Notes: a model not told the origin generated them from the letters alone. DNA of 36,918 nucleotides from an uncultured Myxococcota bacterium (GCA_964196015.1 CAXMRM010000213.1:1-36918); one strand, 5' to 3'; shown: positions 24,726 through 33,617, counted from the stretch's first letter. Made by a program: numbers and translations.

Positions 24726-27700
24726 GTGCGCTTGTGCCATCAATGTGGTGCGTCGGTCGAAGTCGCCGCGCGCTTTTGTTCCTCCTGCGGTGCGCCGTCT
24801 GACGAGCAAGAGGGAGGGGGTGCCTCGGACCCGCTCATCGGCCGCGTCGTCGGTGGGAACTATTTGTTGCAGGAGGTCGTCGGCGTGGGGGGCATGGGGC
24901 GCGTCTACAAGGCCGAGCAATCGACGCTCGGGCGCACCGTCGCGGTCAAGGTTATCCACCCGCATCTTCTCGGCGACGAGCAGACCGTGGCGCGGTTCTA
25001 TCAGGAGGCACGGGCCTCGAGCCGTCTGAACCACCCCAACAGCGTGAGCATCATCGACTTCGGCCGGACCGACGACGGGATCCTCTATCTCGCGATGGAG
25101 TTTCTGAGCGGCAAGGACTTGGCGCTCGTGATGCATGAGGAAGGGCCGCTGGCGGTGGAGCGGGTGTGTAGCATCTTGGTCAACACCCTGGACGCGCTCG
25201 GTGAGGCGCACGAGCTCGGCATCGTGCACCGAGACCTAAAGCCGGAGAACATCATTCTGCGTCCCCTTCGCTCAGGGGACGATCTCGTCAAGGTCGTCGA
25301 CTTCGGGCTCGCCACCATCGTGGGTAAAGAGAGCTCGATCACGAAGCCGGGGCTGGTGTGCGGCACGCCAGACTACATGTCTCCCGAGCAGGGGCGCGGT
25401 GACCGTGTGGATGGCCGGGGCGACCTCTACGCGCTCGGCGTCGTTCTGTTCGAGCTCTTGGTTGGGCATCTGCCGTATATCGATGACACGCCCACGCGGG
25501 TCGTGCTGAGGCACCTCAACGATCCAATCCCGGATCCGCGCGAGGTGAACCGAGGCCGCGGCATTTCCGACCGTCTGGCCGAAGTGACGATCAAGGCGCT
25601 CGCGAAAGACGCGAACGATCGCTACCAGGTCGCGCGAGACATGCAGGCGGCGCTGTGCGGCGTTCTCGACGATCTGCGTGTGAGTCGCACGTCGGTCACG
25701 CCCTGTCCGAACTGTGGTGCACCCTCGTCCCTTTCCCAGAATTTCTGCGGCGAGTGTGGTGCCCGGCTTGCCGGGGACGAACCGTCTCTCGGCAGCAACC
25801 GCTCGCTCCGGCCTTCTTTCTACCCGCCGCTCGGGTCGCAGCGAGAGTTCGTCGGACGCGAGGAGGAGCTCCGCCTGATTCGCGAGTATCGTCATGCGGC
25901 CACGCAGGGCGCGCATTGGGTTCACGTGTTTGGCGAGCCGGGCGTCGGCAAGACGCGATTCCTCACCGAGATCGCCGAGATCGCCGCGGCCGAAGGAGAC
26001 CTCGTCATTGGGGCCGGCGCGCATTCGACGGGCGCACCGGTTCCGTACTCCGCGATTCGGACCATCTTGGCCGAGCTCCTCGAAGTCGACGATTCGGAGC
26101 TGGCGAGAATGGCCAATCGCGGCGACGAGCTCGGATCGGCGCTGGCAGGGGCGGGCGTCGACGAGGTGATGAACCCCGCGGGTCTGCTCGGAGGAGACGG
26201 CCGGTCGCGAACGGGGGCCGTGGCCGAGGCTCTGACCTGCGCGGTGCGCCGCGCGCGGGGCCGTGCGTCGAGCGGCCGTGTGATGTTGATCATCGATGAC
26301 CTTTCGTTTTGCGACGGGCTCACCCAACGGACGGTCGTCGAGCTGGCGCGGTTGCTGGGTAACGACCCGGTGCTATTGGTGACCGCCGGCGATCACGACC
26401 GAGGTGTCCTCGCCCACGAATCGATGCATCTCGGCGGGCTCGATGCGGAAGAGGCAGAACGTTTTTTGGCGGGGTCTTTCCATCTCCGTTTGGTGTCCGG
26501 GCTTCCAAAGCTCACCGAATCGTTGGGCGGTAACATCTTCCCGTTGCACCTCGAGCAGCTGGAGGCGCTCGGGGTCTCTCCGGACGACGGACCACCAGCG
26601 CGGATGGCCGACGCAATCGCGCAACGTATCGAACGTGTCGAAGTTGACGCTCTACGCCTCCTCCAGTCAGCCGCAGTTCTCGGCCGGACCTGTGACTTGG
26701 ACGCGCTTCGTTCCGTCTCGGGGAACGACGATCTGAAAGGCCTCGATGAGCTGGTCGGCAGTTCGCTCGTGCAACTCGATGGCCTGAAGGTCAGTATCGT
26801 CCATCCTTTCATTGCGGACCTCGTGGCGGCGTCGATCCCCGCAGAGGCGCGCCGCGCGCTTCATCGCCGCGCGTACGAGGTGTTGAGTGAGCTTCGCGCG
26901 CCGCAAGAGGTTCGCGCGGTGCATGCCTTCCGCGGCGTCGATCCGGTGACCAGCCTGGTCGTGCTCGAAAAGACAGGCGATGCGGCGATGGCTCGGGGGG
27001 ATCACCTTGGCGCAGTCCTCGAGTATCGACGTGCTCTAGAGCTGGCCCGGCGCGAAACGTTGGAAAGCGGAGACACCGTCTACGATCGTGCGATCGCGGG
27101 GTTCAGCCGTAAGCTCGGTGAGGCCCTCGCACGTTCCGGCGACGCGGCGGGCGCAGACGGCGTGCTTCGCGAAGCGCTCGACCTCACGGTGCCCAAGAGC
27201 GCCGACCGGGCGAAGATGTTGTTGTCGCTCGGGCGCATCGCCTCACGCCGCGACCGCCCTCGAGATGCCATGCGCCATTTCGGGCAGGCGCTGGAGCTCG
27301 TCGCCGGGGTCGAGCCCTCGGTCGAGTCTCATCTACAAGTCGCCATCGGACGCATCCGCCGGATCGAAGGCGATCCGCGTCACGCGGCCAACGCGTATCG
27401 GCGCGCGCTCGAGCTCTTCGCGGAGATCGACGCCTCGGCAGACACCATCGCGCGAATCCGACTCGAGCTCGCGGACGCGCTGACCGCAGCCGGCGATCAC
27501 GAAGGAGCGGTTCACGAGCTCGGGAGCGTGGAGCGGGAGAGCACGGCGAACGGTGGCACGAGTCTGGTCGCGCGTGCCATCGGCATGCTCGGCTCGATCG
27601 ACGAGCTGGCAGGCCGGGCCCGCGATGCCCAGGTTCGCTACGAGAAAGCCGCCTCCCTGGCGGCTCAGGCAGGGGATGCCCCCGGTTATCGCCGCTGGCT

Positions 27701-27734
27701 TTCGGCCAGCAAAACGCTCCGAGCCAGCATCTAG
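24726..27734 (+). CDS. Ser/Thr protein kinase fused to zinc ribbons, a STAND/AAA NTPase and TPR repeats
   Basis: N-terminal CHQCG...CSSCG zinc ribbon. Kinase motifs GVGGMGRVY, VAVK, HRDLKPENI, DFG and GTPDYMSPE. A second ribbon, CPNCG...CGECG. Walker A GEPGVGKT and Walker B-like LIIDDL. C-terminal TPR-like repeats. Confidence 0.92.
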   Translation: MRLCHQCGASVEVAARFCSSCGAPSDEQEGGGASDPLIGRVVGGNYLLQEVVGVGGMGRVYKAEQSTLGRTVAVKVIHPHLLGDEQTVARFYQEARASSRLNHPNSVSIIDFGRTDDGILYLAMEFLSGKDLALVMHEEGPLAVERVCSILVNTLDALGEAHELGIVHRDLKPENIILRPLRSGDDLVKVVDFGLATIVGKESSITKPGLVCGTPDYMSPEQGRGDRVDGRGDLYALGVVLFELLVGHLPYIDDTPTRVVLRHLNDPIPDPREVNRGRGISDRLAEVTIKALAKDANDRYQVARDMQAALCGVLDDLRVSRTSVTPCPNCGAPSSLSQNFCGECGARLAGDEPSLGSNRSLRPSFYPPLGSQREFVGREEELRLIREYRHAATQGAHWVHVFGEPGVGKTRFLTEIAEIAAAEGDLVIGAGAHSTGAPVPYSAIRTILAELLEVDDSELARMANRGDELGSALAGAGVDEVMNPAGLLGGDGRSRTGAVAEALTCAVRRARGRASSGRVMLIIDDLSFCDGLTQRTVVELARLLGNDPVLLVTAGDHDRGVLAHESMHLGGLDAEEAERFLAGSFHLRLVSGLPKLTESLGGNIFPLHLEQLEALGVSPDDGPPARMADAIAQRIERVEVDALRLLQSAAVLGRTCDLDALRSVSGNDDLKGLDELVGSSLVQLDGLKVSIVHPFIADLVAASIPAEARRALHRRAYEVLSELRAPQEVRAVHAFRGVDPVTSLVVLEKTGDAAMARGDHLGAVLEYRRALELARRETLESGDTVYDRAIAGFSRKLGEALARSGDAAGADGVLREALDLTVPKSADRAKMLLSLGRIASRRDRPRDAMRHFGQALELVAGVEPSVESHLQVAIGRIRRIEGDPRHAANAYRRALELFAEIDASADTIARIRLELADALTAAGDHEGAVHELGSVERESTANGGTSLVARAIGMLGSIDELAGRARDAQVRYEKAASLAAQAGDAPGYRRWLSASKTLRASI

Positions 27735-27743
27735 CACTCTGCT

Positions 27744-28316
27744 ATGCTTCGCCGCATGCGGCGCTGCTGGTGGATCTGTGTTCTGGTCGCTGCGTTCGGC
27801 TGCGATACGCTCGGTGAGTTCAGCACCGAGGATGGGGAGATCTACCGGGGCGAGGTCGCTGGCGTGAATGACCCGCTCAACTGCCCTGACGGGATCGACT
27901 GCTCGTTCATTCGCCGAGGCTTTCCGTATGGGGTCGCGTTGGACCTCACGTTCGATCCCGAGCAGCAGTACGACAATCCAGGCACGATCTCGACCAGCGG
28001 CGAGAGCTGCGGCCCCACATTCACCAACACCCCCCTCCTACCGATTCCGCCCCTGGCGCACGATCAGCTCGGGCTCTACGAGTTCCCGGGCGGCGGCAGG
28101 ATTAGGAACTACATGTTCGTTGCCCGGCCCGATACTGGCCCGCTCGCAGGGCGAGACGCGATGGTGTTCTTGTCGTTGATCCGCGGAGGTGACATCGAGG
28201 TGCGGCTGGTTGCCGGTCCCGGCCTGGTAGTCTGTGACCCGACGGACTGCGGTGAGATCGATTCCGGTCGGTGCGACTACTTCGGTGTGTTCGTGCTCCA
28301 TCGGGAGCCGCTTTGA
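27744..28316 (+). CDS. Cys-rich lipoprotein of unknown function
   Basis: Signal peptide with lipobox VAAFGC and seven further Cys in the mature part. It starts 10 nt after the kinase stop, and its stop overlaps the tsaD ATG (TGATG). Confidence 0.68.
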   Translation: MLRRMRRCWWICVLVAAFGCDTLGEFSTEDGEIYRGEVAGVNDPLNCPDGIDCSFIRRGFPYGVALDLTFDPEQQYDNPGTISTSGESCGPTFTNTPLLPIPPLAHDQLGLYEFPGGGRIRNYMFVARPDTGPLAGRDAMVFLSLIRGGDIEVRLVAGPGLVVCDPTDCGEIDSGRCDYFGVFVLHREPL

Positions 28317-29392
28317 TGCGGGTGCTCGGGATCGAGAGCTCGTGTGACGAAACCGCCGCAGCGTTAGTCACCGAGACGGGAGAAGTGTTAGCGGACGTCA
28401 TAGCGAGCCAAATCGCAATGCACGGGCTGTACGGTGGCATCGTCCCGGAGCTGGCGTCACGCGCGCACATGCGGGCGATCATCCCGGTCATTCGCGAGGC
28501 GCTCGCCAAGATCCCGGGCGGCCTCGCGGGCGTCGATGCGATTGCCGTCACGCAGGGACCGGGCTTGGTGGGCTCGCTGTTGGTGGGTGTGCAGGTCGCC
28601 AAGGCGTTGGCGTGGAGCATCGGCAAGCCCCTCGTCGGCGTGAACCACTTGGATGGCCATCTCCTGGCGGTGTATCTGCGGCGGCCCGGCGACGACGGGC
28701 CACAGGACCGGCCCACGATGCCCTTCGTTGGGTTGCTCGTGAGCGGCGGGCACACGGCGCTCTACCGCGTTGAAGGTTTCGCCGACGCCCTCCTCCTCGC
28801 CCAGACGCGTGACGACGCGGCCGGTGAGGCGTTTGACAAAGCGGGCAAGCTTCTCGGACTCGGGTATCCGGGTGGGCCGGCGATCGATCGGCTGGCTGCT
28901 CGCGGCAACGCCGATGCAGTCTCTTTTCCCCTTCCGATGGCGTCCCGAAAGACCCTCGACTTCAGCTTTTCGGGTCTCAAGACGGCCCTCGTGCGCCACG
29001 TGCAACAGCACGGCGTTCCGGACGACGAGCAGGAGCTCGCCGATCTCAGTGCCTCGTTTCAGGGCGCCATCGTCGAGAGCCTCGTCCGGAAGTCGATCCT
29101 CGCCTGCAAGCAGGAGGAGATCGCCCGGCTCGTCATCACCGGCGGCGTCGCGGCAAACAGCGGGCTACGCGCTCGCGCCAAGGAAGTTTGCGAAGAGAAC
29201 GGGATTCAGCTTTTTGTTCCGCCTCCGATCTCGTGTACCGACAACGCCGCGATGATTGCGATGGCCGCTGCGCATCGCTTGGCCGCGGGCGAGCAAGACG
29301 ACCTCTCGTTTGCCGTCTATTCCCGCGATCCGAACCGGCGACGCGGCAAGTTTCGAAGTGATGGAACCCTCGTCGAGCGCAAGCCACAATAG
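28316..29392 (+). CDS. tsaD: tRNA N6-adenosine threonylcarbamoyltransferase
   Basis: MRVLGIESSCDETAAA, GGIVPELASRAH, GPGLVGSLLVG, VNHLDGH and GGVAAN are canonical TsaD/Kae1 motifs. Confidence 0.96.
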   Translation: MRVLGIESSCDETAAALVTETGEVLADVIASQIAMHGLYGGIVPELASRAHMRAIIPVIREALAKIPGGLAGVDAIAVTQGPGLVGSLLVGVQVAKALAWSIGKPLVGVNHLDGHLLAVYLRRPGDDGPQDRPTMPFVGLLVSGGHTALYRVEGFADALLLAQTRDDAAGEAFDKAGKLLGLGYPGGPAIDRLAARGNADAVSFPLPMASRKTLDFSFSGLKTALVRHVQQHGVPDDEQELADLSASFQGAIVESLVRKSILACKQEEIARLVITGGVAANSGLRARAKEVCEENGIQLFVPPPISCTDNAAMIAMAAAHRLAAGEQDDLSFAVYSRDPNRRRGKFRSDGTLVERKPQ

Positions 29393-29399
29393 GCGCGCG

Positions 29400-31685
29400 A
29401 TGCCGGAGAATGCGTCCGAGTCGATTGTTTCGCCCTACGTCGAAGTGGCCCTGCCGGTTCCTATTCGCAAGGTGTTCACGTATGACGTGCCGAGCGGATT
29501 GCGGGGCGCTCTACAGCCGGGGAGCCGCGTCGCTGTCTCCTTCAGCCGCCGCAAGCTTGCGGGTTTCGTCGTGGGCGGCCGGGAAGACCTTCCCGAAGGT
29601 GTGGCGCGCGCGCTTCCGGTCGCGGGGCTCCTCGAGTCCGAGCCGGTGTTCACGCCAGAGCTGCTGCGGTTCTTGGACCAAGCGGCCAAGTACTACATGC
29701 ACCCGCTCGGAGAGGTCTTGCGCGCGGCGGCTCCGGCGTTGCCGGCCGGGGCTATGCGCCGGCTGCGCGCGGATGGCTTTCTCGACGCCGCGGAGAACCT
29801 CCCCGGCCAACGCGTTGCGCATCACACGACCTGGAAGGTGACCGCCACCGGTAAGGACGCCACGGGCATTCGGTTGGGCGTGCGGCAAAACAAGCTGATC
29901 GATCGCCTCGCGAATCGCGAGTCGATCTTGCTAGAGGAGCTTCGGGGCGAGCTGACCGACCCCCGCGCCGTGGTCCGATCGCTCGTGGACAAGGGTCTCG
30001 TCGAATTCGAAGAAATCGAAGCAAGCCGTGACCCATTTTTTCGAACGCCGGTAACACGCGACCAGCCGCACGCGCCGAACGCGGCCCAGCATCTCGCGAT
30101 CGACGCGATCGGCGAGGCAATCCTGAAACGCAGCGGCGAGGCGTTCCTCCTGCACGGCGTGACCGGGTCGGGAAAGACCGAGGTGTACCTCCGCGCGATC
30201 GACGAAGTGCGCAAAGCTGGCCGTGGTGCGGTGTTGCTCGTGCCGGAGATCGCGCTGACACCACAGCTCGTCGGACGTTTTCGTGCGCGGTTCGGGGACG
30301 ATATTGCCGTGCTTCACAGTGGCCTCACCGCGCGCCAACGCGACGACGCCTGGCAGGCGCTTCGCCGGGGCGGAGTGCAAGTGGCAATCGGGGCGCGCTC
30401 GGCGTTGTTCGCGCCGGTCGCGGATCTCGGATTGATCGTCGTCGACGAAGAGCACGACCCTTCGTTCAAGCAGGACGAGGGTTTTCGCTATCACGCCCGG
30501 GATATGGCATTGCTCCGGGCGCAGTACGCGGGCGCGGTCTGCGTTCTTGGCAGCGCGACGCCCTCGGTCGAGACGTACCATCGGGCCAACGAGGGGCGAA
30601 TCCGTTTGCTCTCTCTGCCCACGCGCGCCACCGGCGCCACCATGCCCGAGGTAGAGATCGTCGACCTGCGCCGTCACCGAAAAGGACCGACAGGTCACCC
30701 GCTTCTTTCCGGGCCGCTTCATTCCGCGATTGGCCGCTGCCTAGATACCGGCCATCAAGCGATCATCTTCCTCAACCGGCGCGGCTTTGCGCCGAGCGTT
30801 CGCTGCGTGGCGTGCGGCGGGGTGGCCGAGTGCCCTGCGTGTAGCGTCGCCCTGACGGAGCATCGGGGGCAGGGCGCGCTGCGATGCCACTACTGTGATT
30901 TCCATCGGGCGGTCGCAATGCCCTGCGCTTCGTGCGGGAACACCGAGTATAAGCGGATCGGCGTCGGCACCGAACAACTCCAAAAGGCCGTCGAGGAGAG
31001 TTTCCCCAAGGCCCGCGTAGCTCGGCTCGATCGCGACACCGCCTCGGGGGACGGTGTCGAGGCGGTCCTCGATCGACTGCGAAGCGGCGAGATCGACGTG
31101 CTGGTGGGTACGCAGATGGTCACCAAAGGGCACGACATCGCCGCGGTCACGCTGGTAGGCGTCGCGCTCGCCGATCAAAGCCTCGCCTTCCCGGATTTTC
31201 GCGCATCCGAACGAACCTTCCAGTTGCTCGCCCAAGTCGCAGGCCGCGCAGGCCGCGCCGACACCCCTGGCGAAGTCATCTTACAAACCTTTCAACCCGA
31301 TCATCCGGCGGTGCGCCTGGCCGCACAACACGACTACGAAGGCTTCTACGCCGAAGAGATCCGCGCCCGCGAAGAAGTCGGCTACCCACCCTTCGCCCGC
31401 CTAGTGACGGTGCGCGTTCATGCGGGCGCCGAAGCCGACGCCCGCAGCGCCACGCAGCTACTCGCCGACACCGCCCGCCAACACCAGGCTGTCAAAGACG
31501 GCGCAGTCCAAGTCCTAGGCCCAGCCCCCGCACCACTCCCGCGCCTCCGAGCCCGCTACCACTACCGCCTCCTATTGAAGTCCCCCGATCGAAAACTACT
31601 CCGCAACGTAGCCGCCCACCTAGCCGCCCGAATCGACCAAGGCCTCCCCCCCACCCACGCCACCCTAGACATCGACCCCCTATAA
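29400..31685 (+). CDS. priA: primosomal replication-restart helicase PriA
   Basis: The N-terminal 3'-DNA-binding domain start (VEVALPVPIRKVFTYDVP), Walker A GVTGSGKT, DEEHD, the Cys-rich zinc region (CVACGGVAECPACSVAL...CHYCDF...CASCG) and the C-terminal ...YRLLLKS...LDIDP block are all present. ATG 29400 chosen. Confidence 0.95.
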   Translation: MPENASESIVSPYVEVALPVPIRKVFTYDVPSGLRGALQPGSRVAVSFSRRKLAGFVVGGREDLPEGVARALPVAGLLESEPVFTPELLRFLDQAAKYYMHPLGEVLRAAAPALPAGAMRRLRADGFLDAAENLPGQRVAHHTTWKVTATGKDATGIRLGVRQNKLIDRLANRESILLEELRGELTDPRAVVRSLVDKGLVEFEEIEASRDPFFRTPVTRDQPHAPNAAQHLAIDAIGEAILKRSGEAFLLHGVTGSGKTEVYLRAIDEVRKAGRGAVLLVPEIALTPQLVGRFRARFGDDIAVLHSGLTARQRDDAWQALRRGGVQVAIGARSALFAPVADLGLIVVDEEHDPSFKQDEGFRYHARDMALLRAQYAGAVCVLGSATPSVETYHRANEGRIRLLSLPTRATGATMPEVEIVDLRRHRKGPTGHPLLSGPLHSAIGRCLDTGHQAIIFLNRRGFAPSVRCVACGGVAECPACSVALTEHRGQGALRCHYCDFHRAVAMPCASCGNTEYKRIGVGTEQLQKAVEESFPKARVARLDRDTASGDGVEAVLDRLRSGEIDVLVGTQMVTKGHDIAAVTLVGVALADQSLAFPDFRASERTFQLLAQVAGRAGRADTPGEVILQTFQPDHPAVRLAAQHDYEGFYAEEIRAREEVGYPPFARLVTVRVHAGAEADARSATQLLADTARQHQAVKDGAVQVLGPAPAPLPRLRARYHYRLLLKSPDRKLLRNVAAHLAARIDQGLPPTHATLDIDPL

Positions 31686-31741
31686 AGGGGGACACTCTCC
31701 ACCCCTCCAACCGCCCGAAATCAAACACGTTCTGCCACAAG

Positions 31742-31811
31742 GATCGCAGCGATTTGTTTCCGAGGTTTCCTAGCAGCATCCGGAAAAGCCCAATGATTTG
31801 ATGCTGCGATC
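31742..31811. other. structured intergenic element with two mutually exclusive stems
   Basis: GATGCTGCGATC (31800-31811) can pair either with GATCGCAGC (31742-31750) or with GCAGCATC (31773-31780). It lies in the 157-bp lower-GC gap between convergent priA and kstD-like genes. Confidence 0.3.
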
Positions 31812-31842
31812 TTTGGCTGAGAAGTTGAGAGGTTTCGGGTGC

Positions 31843-33582
31843 TTACGGGGTAGGAGCGTGTCCCTCTAGGCTCTCTAGGCTGGTCAGTTCTTGGGCTGCG
31901 TCTTCGGCCGCGAGGAAACCAAAGGTCAGTGCAGGGCCGATCGTGCCGCCGGCGCCCGGGTAGGTGCGGCCCATGACGGATGCCGCCGAGTTGCCCGCGG
32001 CATAGAGGCCGGGGATTGGCTGGCCGTCTTCCTTGAGTACGCGGCTGTGCTCGTCGATGACGAGGCCGCCTTTCGTTCCGAGGTCCCCCGGATAGATCTG
32101 CACGGCGTAGAAAGGACCGGTTTCGATCGGGCCGAGTGAGCAGTTGGGTTTCACATTCGGATCGCCGTAGTAGCGATCCTGCGCGCTCCAGCCACGGTTG
32201 TAGTCCGGGTCTTCGCCTTTGACGGCGTACTCGTTGAACCGGGTGATCGCCGCCTTCGCGGTCGCCGCCGGAATTTTGAGTTGCTCACAGAGCTCGTCGA
32301 GGGTCTTGGCCTTGTAGAGGAATTTGCCATCGCGATAGCGGCGTGGGAGCTGCTTGTCGGGCATGACCTTGCCGGGCGCGACCGGTCCAGCGATGGACGA
32401 CTTGCGATACGTCGCGTCAAAGATGTGAAACCAGCGAGGGTCAGCCGCGCCGGTCTTTGCCACGTCGTCGTACATGCCGTTGACGACATCGATATAAGGC
32501 GCCGCCTCGTTGGTGAACCGCTTGCCGTCTTGGTTGACGAACAATCCATGCGGAAGGCTCTTCTCGACGACCAACACCCACGAAAACGGCGACTTCGGCA
32601 CTAAGGACACGGGCGTCCACCAGGCTTCGTCCATCAGATCGAGTGCTCCGCCCGCATCGCGTCCCATGCGAATCGCATCGCCGGTGTTCGACGGTGTCCC
32701 GGCCGTCCATTCGGTCGTGATGGGATGCCGCTGATATTGCTGCCGCATCTCGAGGTTCCGCGAAAACCCGCCCGCCGCGAGGACTACGCCACGGCGGGCC
32801 TTCACGCGAAGGGTGTCGCCCTCCTTGTTGAGCACCGCGCCGACGACCTTCCCATCTTCGAATACGAGCTCTTCGACGCCGGTGTTGAGCCACACGGGCA
32901 CGTTGCGCTCCTTGAGCGAAAGCAGGAGCCGGCCCATCAGCGAGTTGCCCGCGCAAAGCTTGGTGTCGCGCCCCCAGCGCTTACGTTTGAAGTGGCGCAG
33001 CATGTACAAGAACATCTGCCACGCCATGAACATCATGGTCCGAAAGCCGACGCCGATCGCTGCGTGCGCTTCCTTCGCGGTAATGCCGAATTTTCCAAGA
33101 ATCTGTGATTGCGGGTGGGGCTTACGCAGCCGAATCATATCCTCACGTAGCTTCGCCCCATCAAACGGCAGCGGGTCCATCGATCGTCCGCCGGGACGCC
33201 CGCCCGGCGCTTCGGGGTAATAGTCGGTGTACTTCGCGAGCGGGACGTATCGGACGTGTGTCTTTTCGTGCAAGTACGCGAGCACCCTCTTGCTCTCGCG
33301 GATGTACAGCCTTAACTTACTGTCGGGCACTTCGCCCTTCGTAATGTGTTTCAAGTACTGGAAGCCTTCTTCGTCGGAATCTGGGATGCCTTCTTTTGCC
33401 ATCCCCGGGTTGTTGGCGACCCAGCAAACGCCGCCCGACATCGCCGAGTTGCCCCCGTAGAGTTCGCTCTTTTCGACTAGAAGCACGTCCAATCCGAGGT
33501 CGTGTCCACGCAGCCCAGCGCCCATGCCGGCGGCGCCGCTTCCCATCACGAGTAAATCGACTGTACGGTCCCACTCCGCCAT
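31843..33582 (-). CDS. kstD: FAD-dependent oxidoreductase, 3-oxosteroid 1-dehydrogenase (KstD)-like
   Basis: N-terminal dinucleotide fold DLLVMGSGAAGMGAGL...LLVEKSELYGGNSAMSGG. C-terminal GLYAAGNSAASVMGRTYPGAGGTIGPALTFG. The length and internal blocks fit the KstD/fumarate-reductase flavoprotein family. GAGGAG Shine-Dalgarno sits before ATG 33582. The gene symbol is tentative. Confidence 0.82.
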   Translation of the reverse strand: MAEWDRTVDLLVMGSGAAGMGAGLRGHDLGLDVLLVEKSELYGGNSAMSGGVCWVANNPGMAKEGIPDSDEEGFQYLKHITKGEVPDSKLRLYIRESKRVLAYLHEKTHVRYVPLAKYTDYYPEAPGGRPGGRSMDPLPFDGAKLREDMIRLRKPHPQSQILGKFGITAKEAHAAIGVGFRTMMFMAWQMFLYMLRHFKRKRWGRDTKLCAGNSLMGRLLLSLKERNVPVWLNTGVEELVFEDGKVVGAVLNKEGDTLRVKARRGVVLAAGGFSRNLEMRQQYQRHPITTEWTAGTPSNTGDAIRMGRDAGGALDLMDEAWWTPVSLVPKSPFSWVLVVEKSLPHGLFVNQDGKRFTNEAAPYIDVVNGMYDDVAKTGAADPRWFHIFDATYRKSSIAGPVAPGKVMPDKQLPRRYRDGKFLYKAKTLDELCEQLKIPAATAKAAITRFNEYAVKGEDPDYNRGWSAQDRYYGDPNVKPNCSLGPIETGPFYAVQIYPGDLGTKGGLVIDEHSRVLKEDGQPIPGLYAAGNSAASVMGRTYPGAGGTIGPALTFGFLAAEDAAQELTSLESLEGHAPTP

Positions 33583-33617
33583 CGCGGCTCTCCTCTGCTA
33601 CGGGTTGGTTCGCAAAA

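Noticed and set aside
25272-26327. A 351-aa ORF on the minus strand. Similar long antisense ORFs occur at 17094-17939, 10678-11502, 11423-12274 and 22756-23544.
   Set aside because: All lie opposite genes with strong motif support and have Arg/Gly-rich, motif-free translations. I treated them as GC-driven phantom ORFs.
31676-31691. CCCCC-TATAAA-GGGGG hairpin at the priA stop codon, considered as an intrinsic terminator.
   Set aside because: It has only a 5-bp stem, no downstream U-tract, and it includes the stop codon itself. The evidence is insufficient.
31492-31779. A 95-aa Gly-rich ORF on the minus strand (…GGGSGSGLGGAGVVRGLGLGLGL…).
   Set aside because: It is simply the complement of the C-rich priA tail and spacer. 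It overlaps the conserved PriA C terminus and has no start context.
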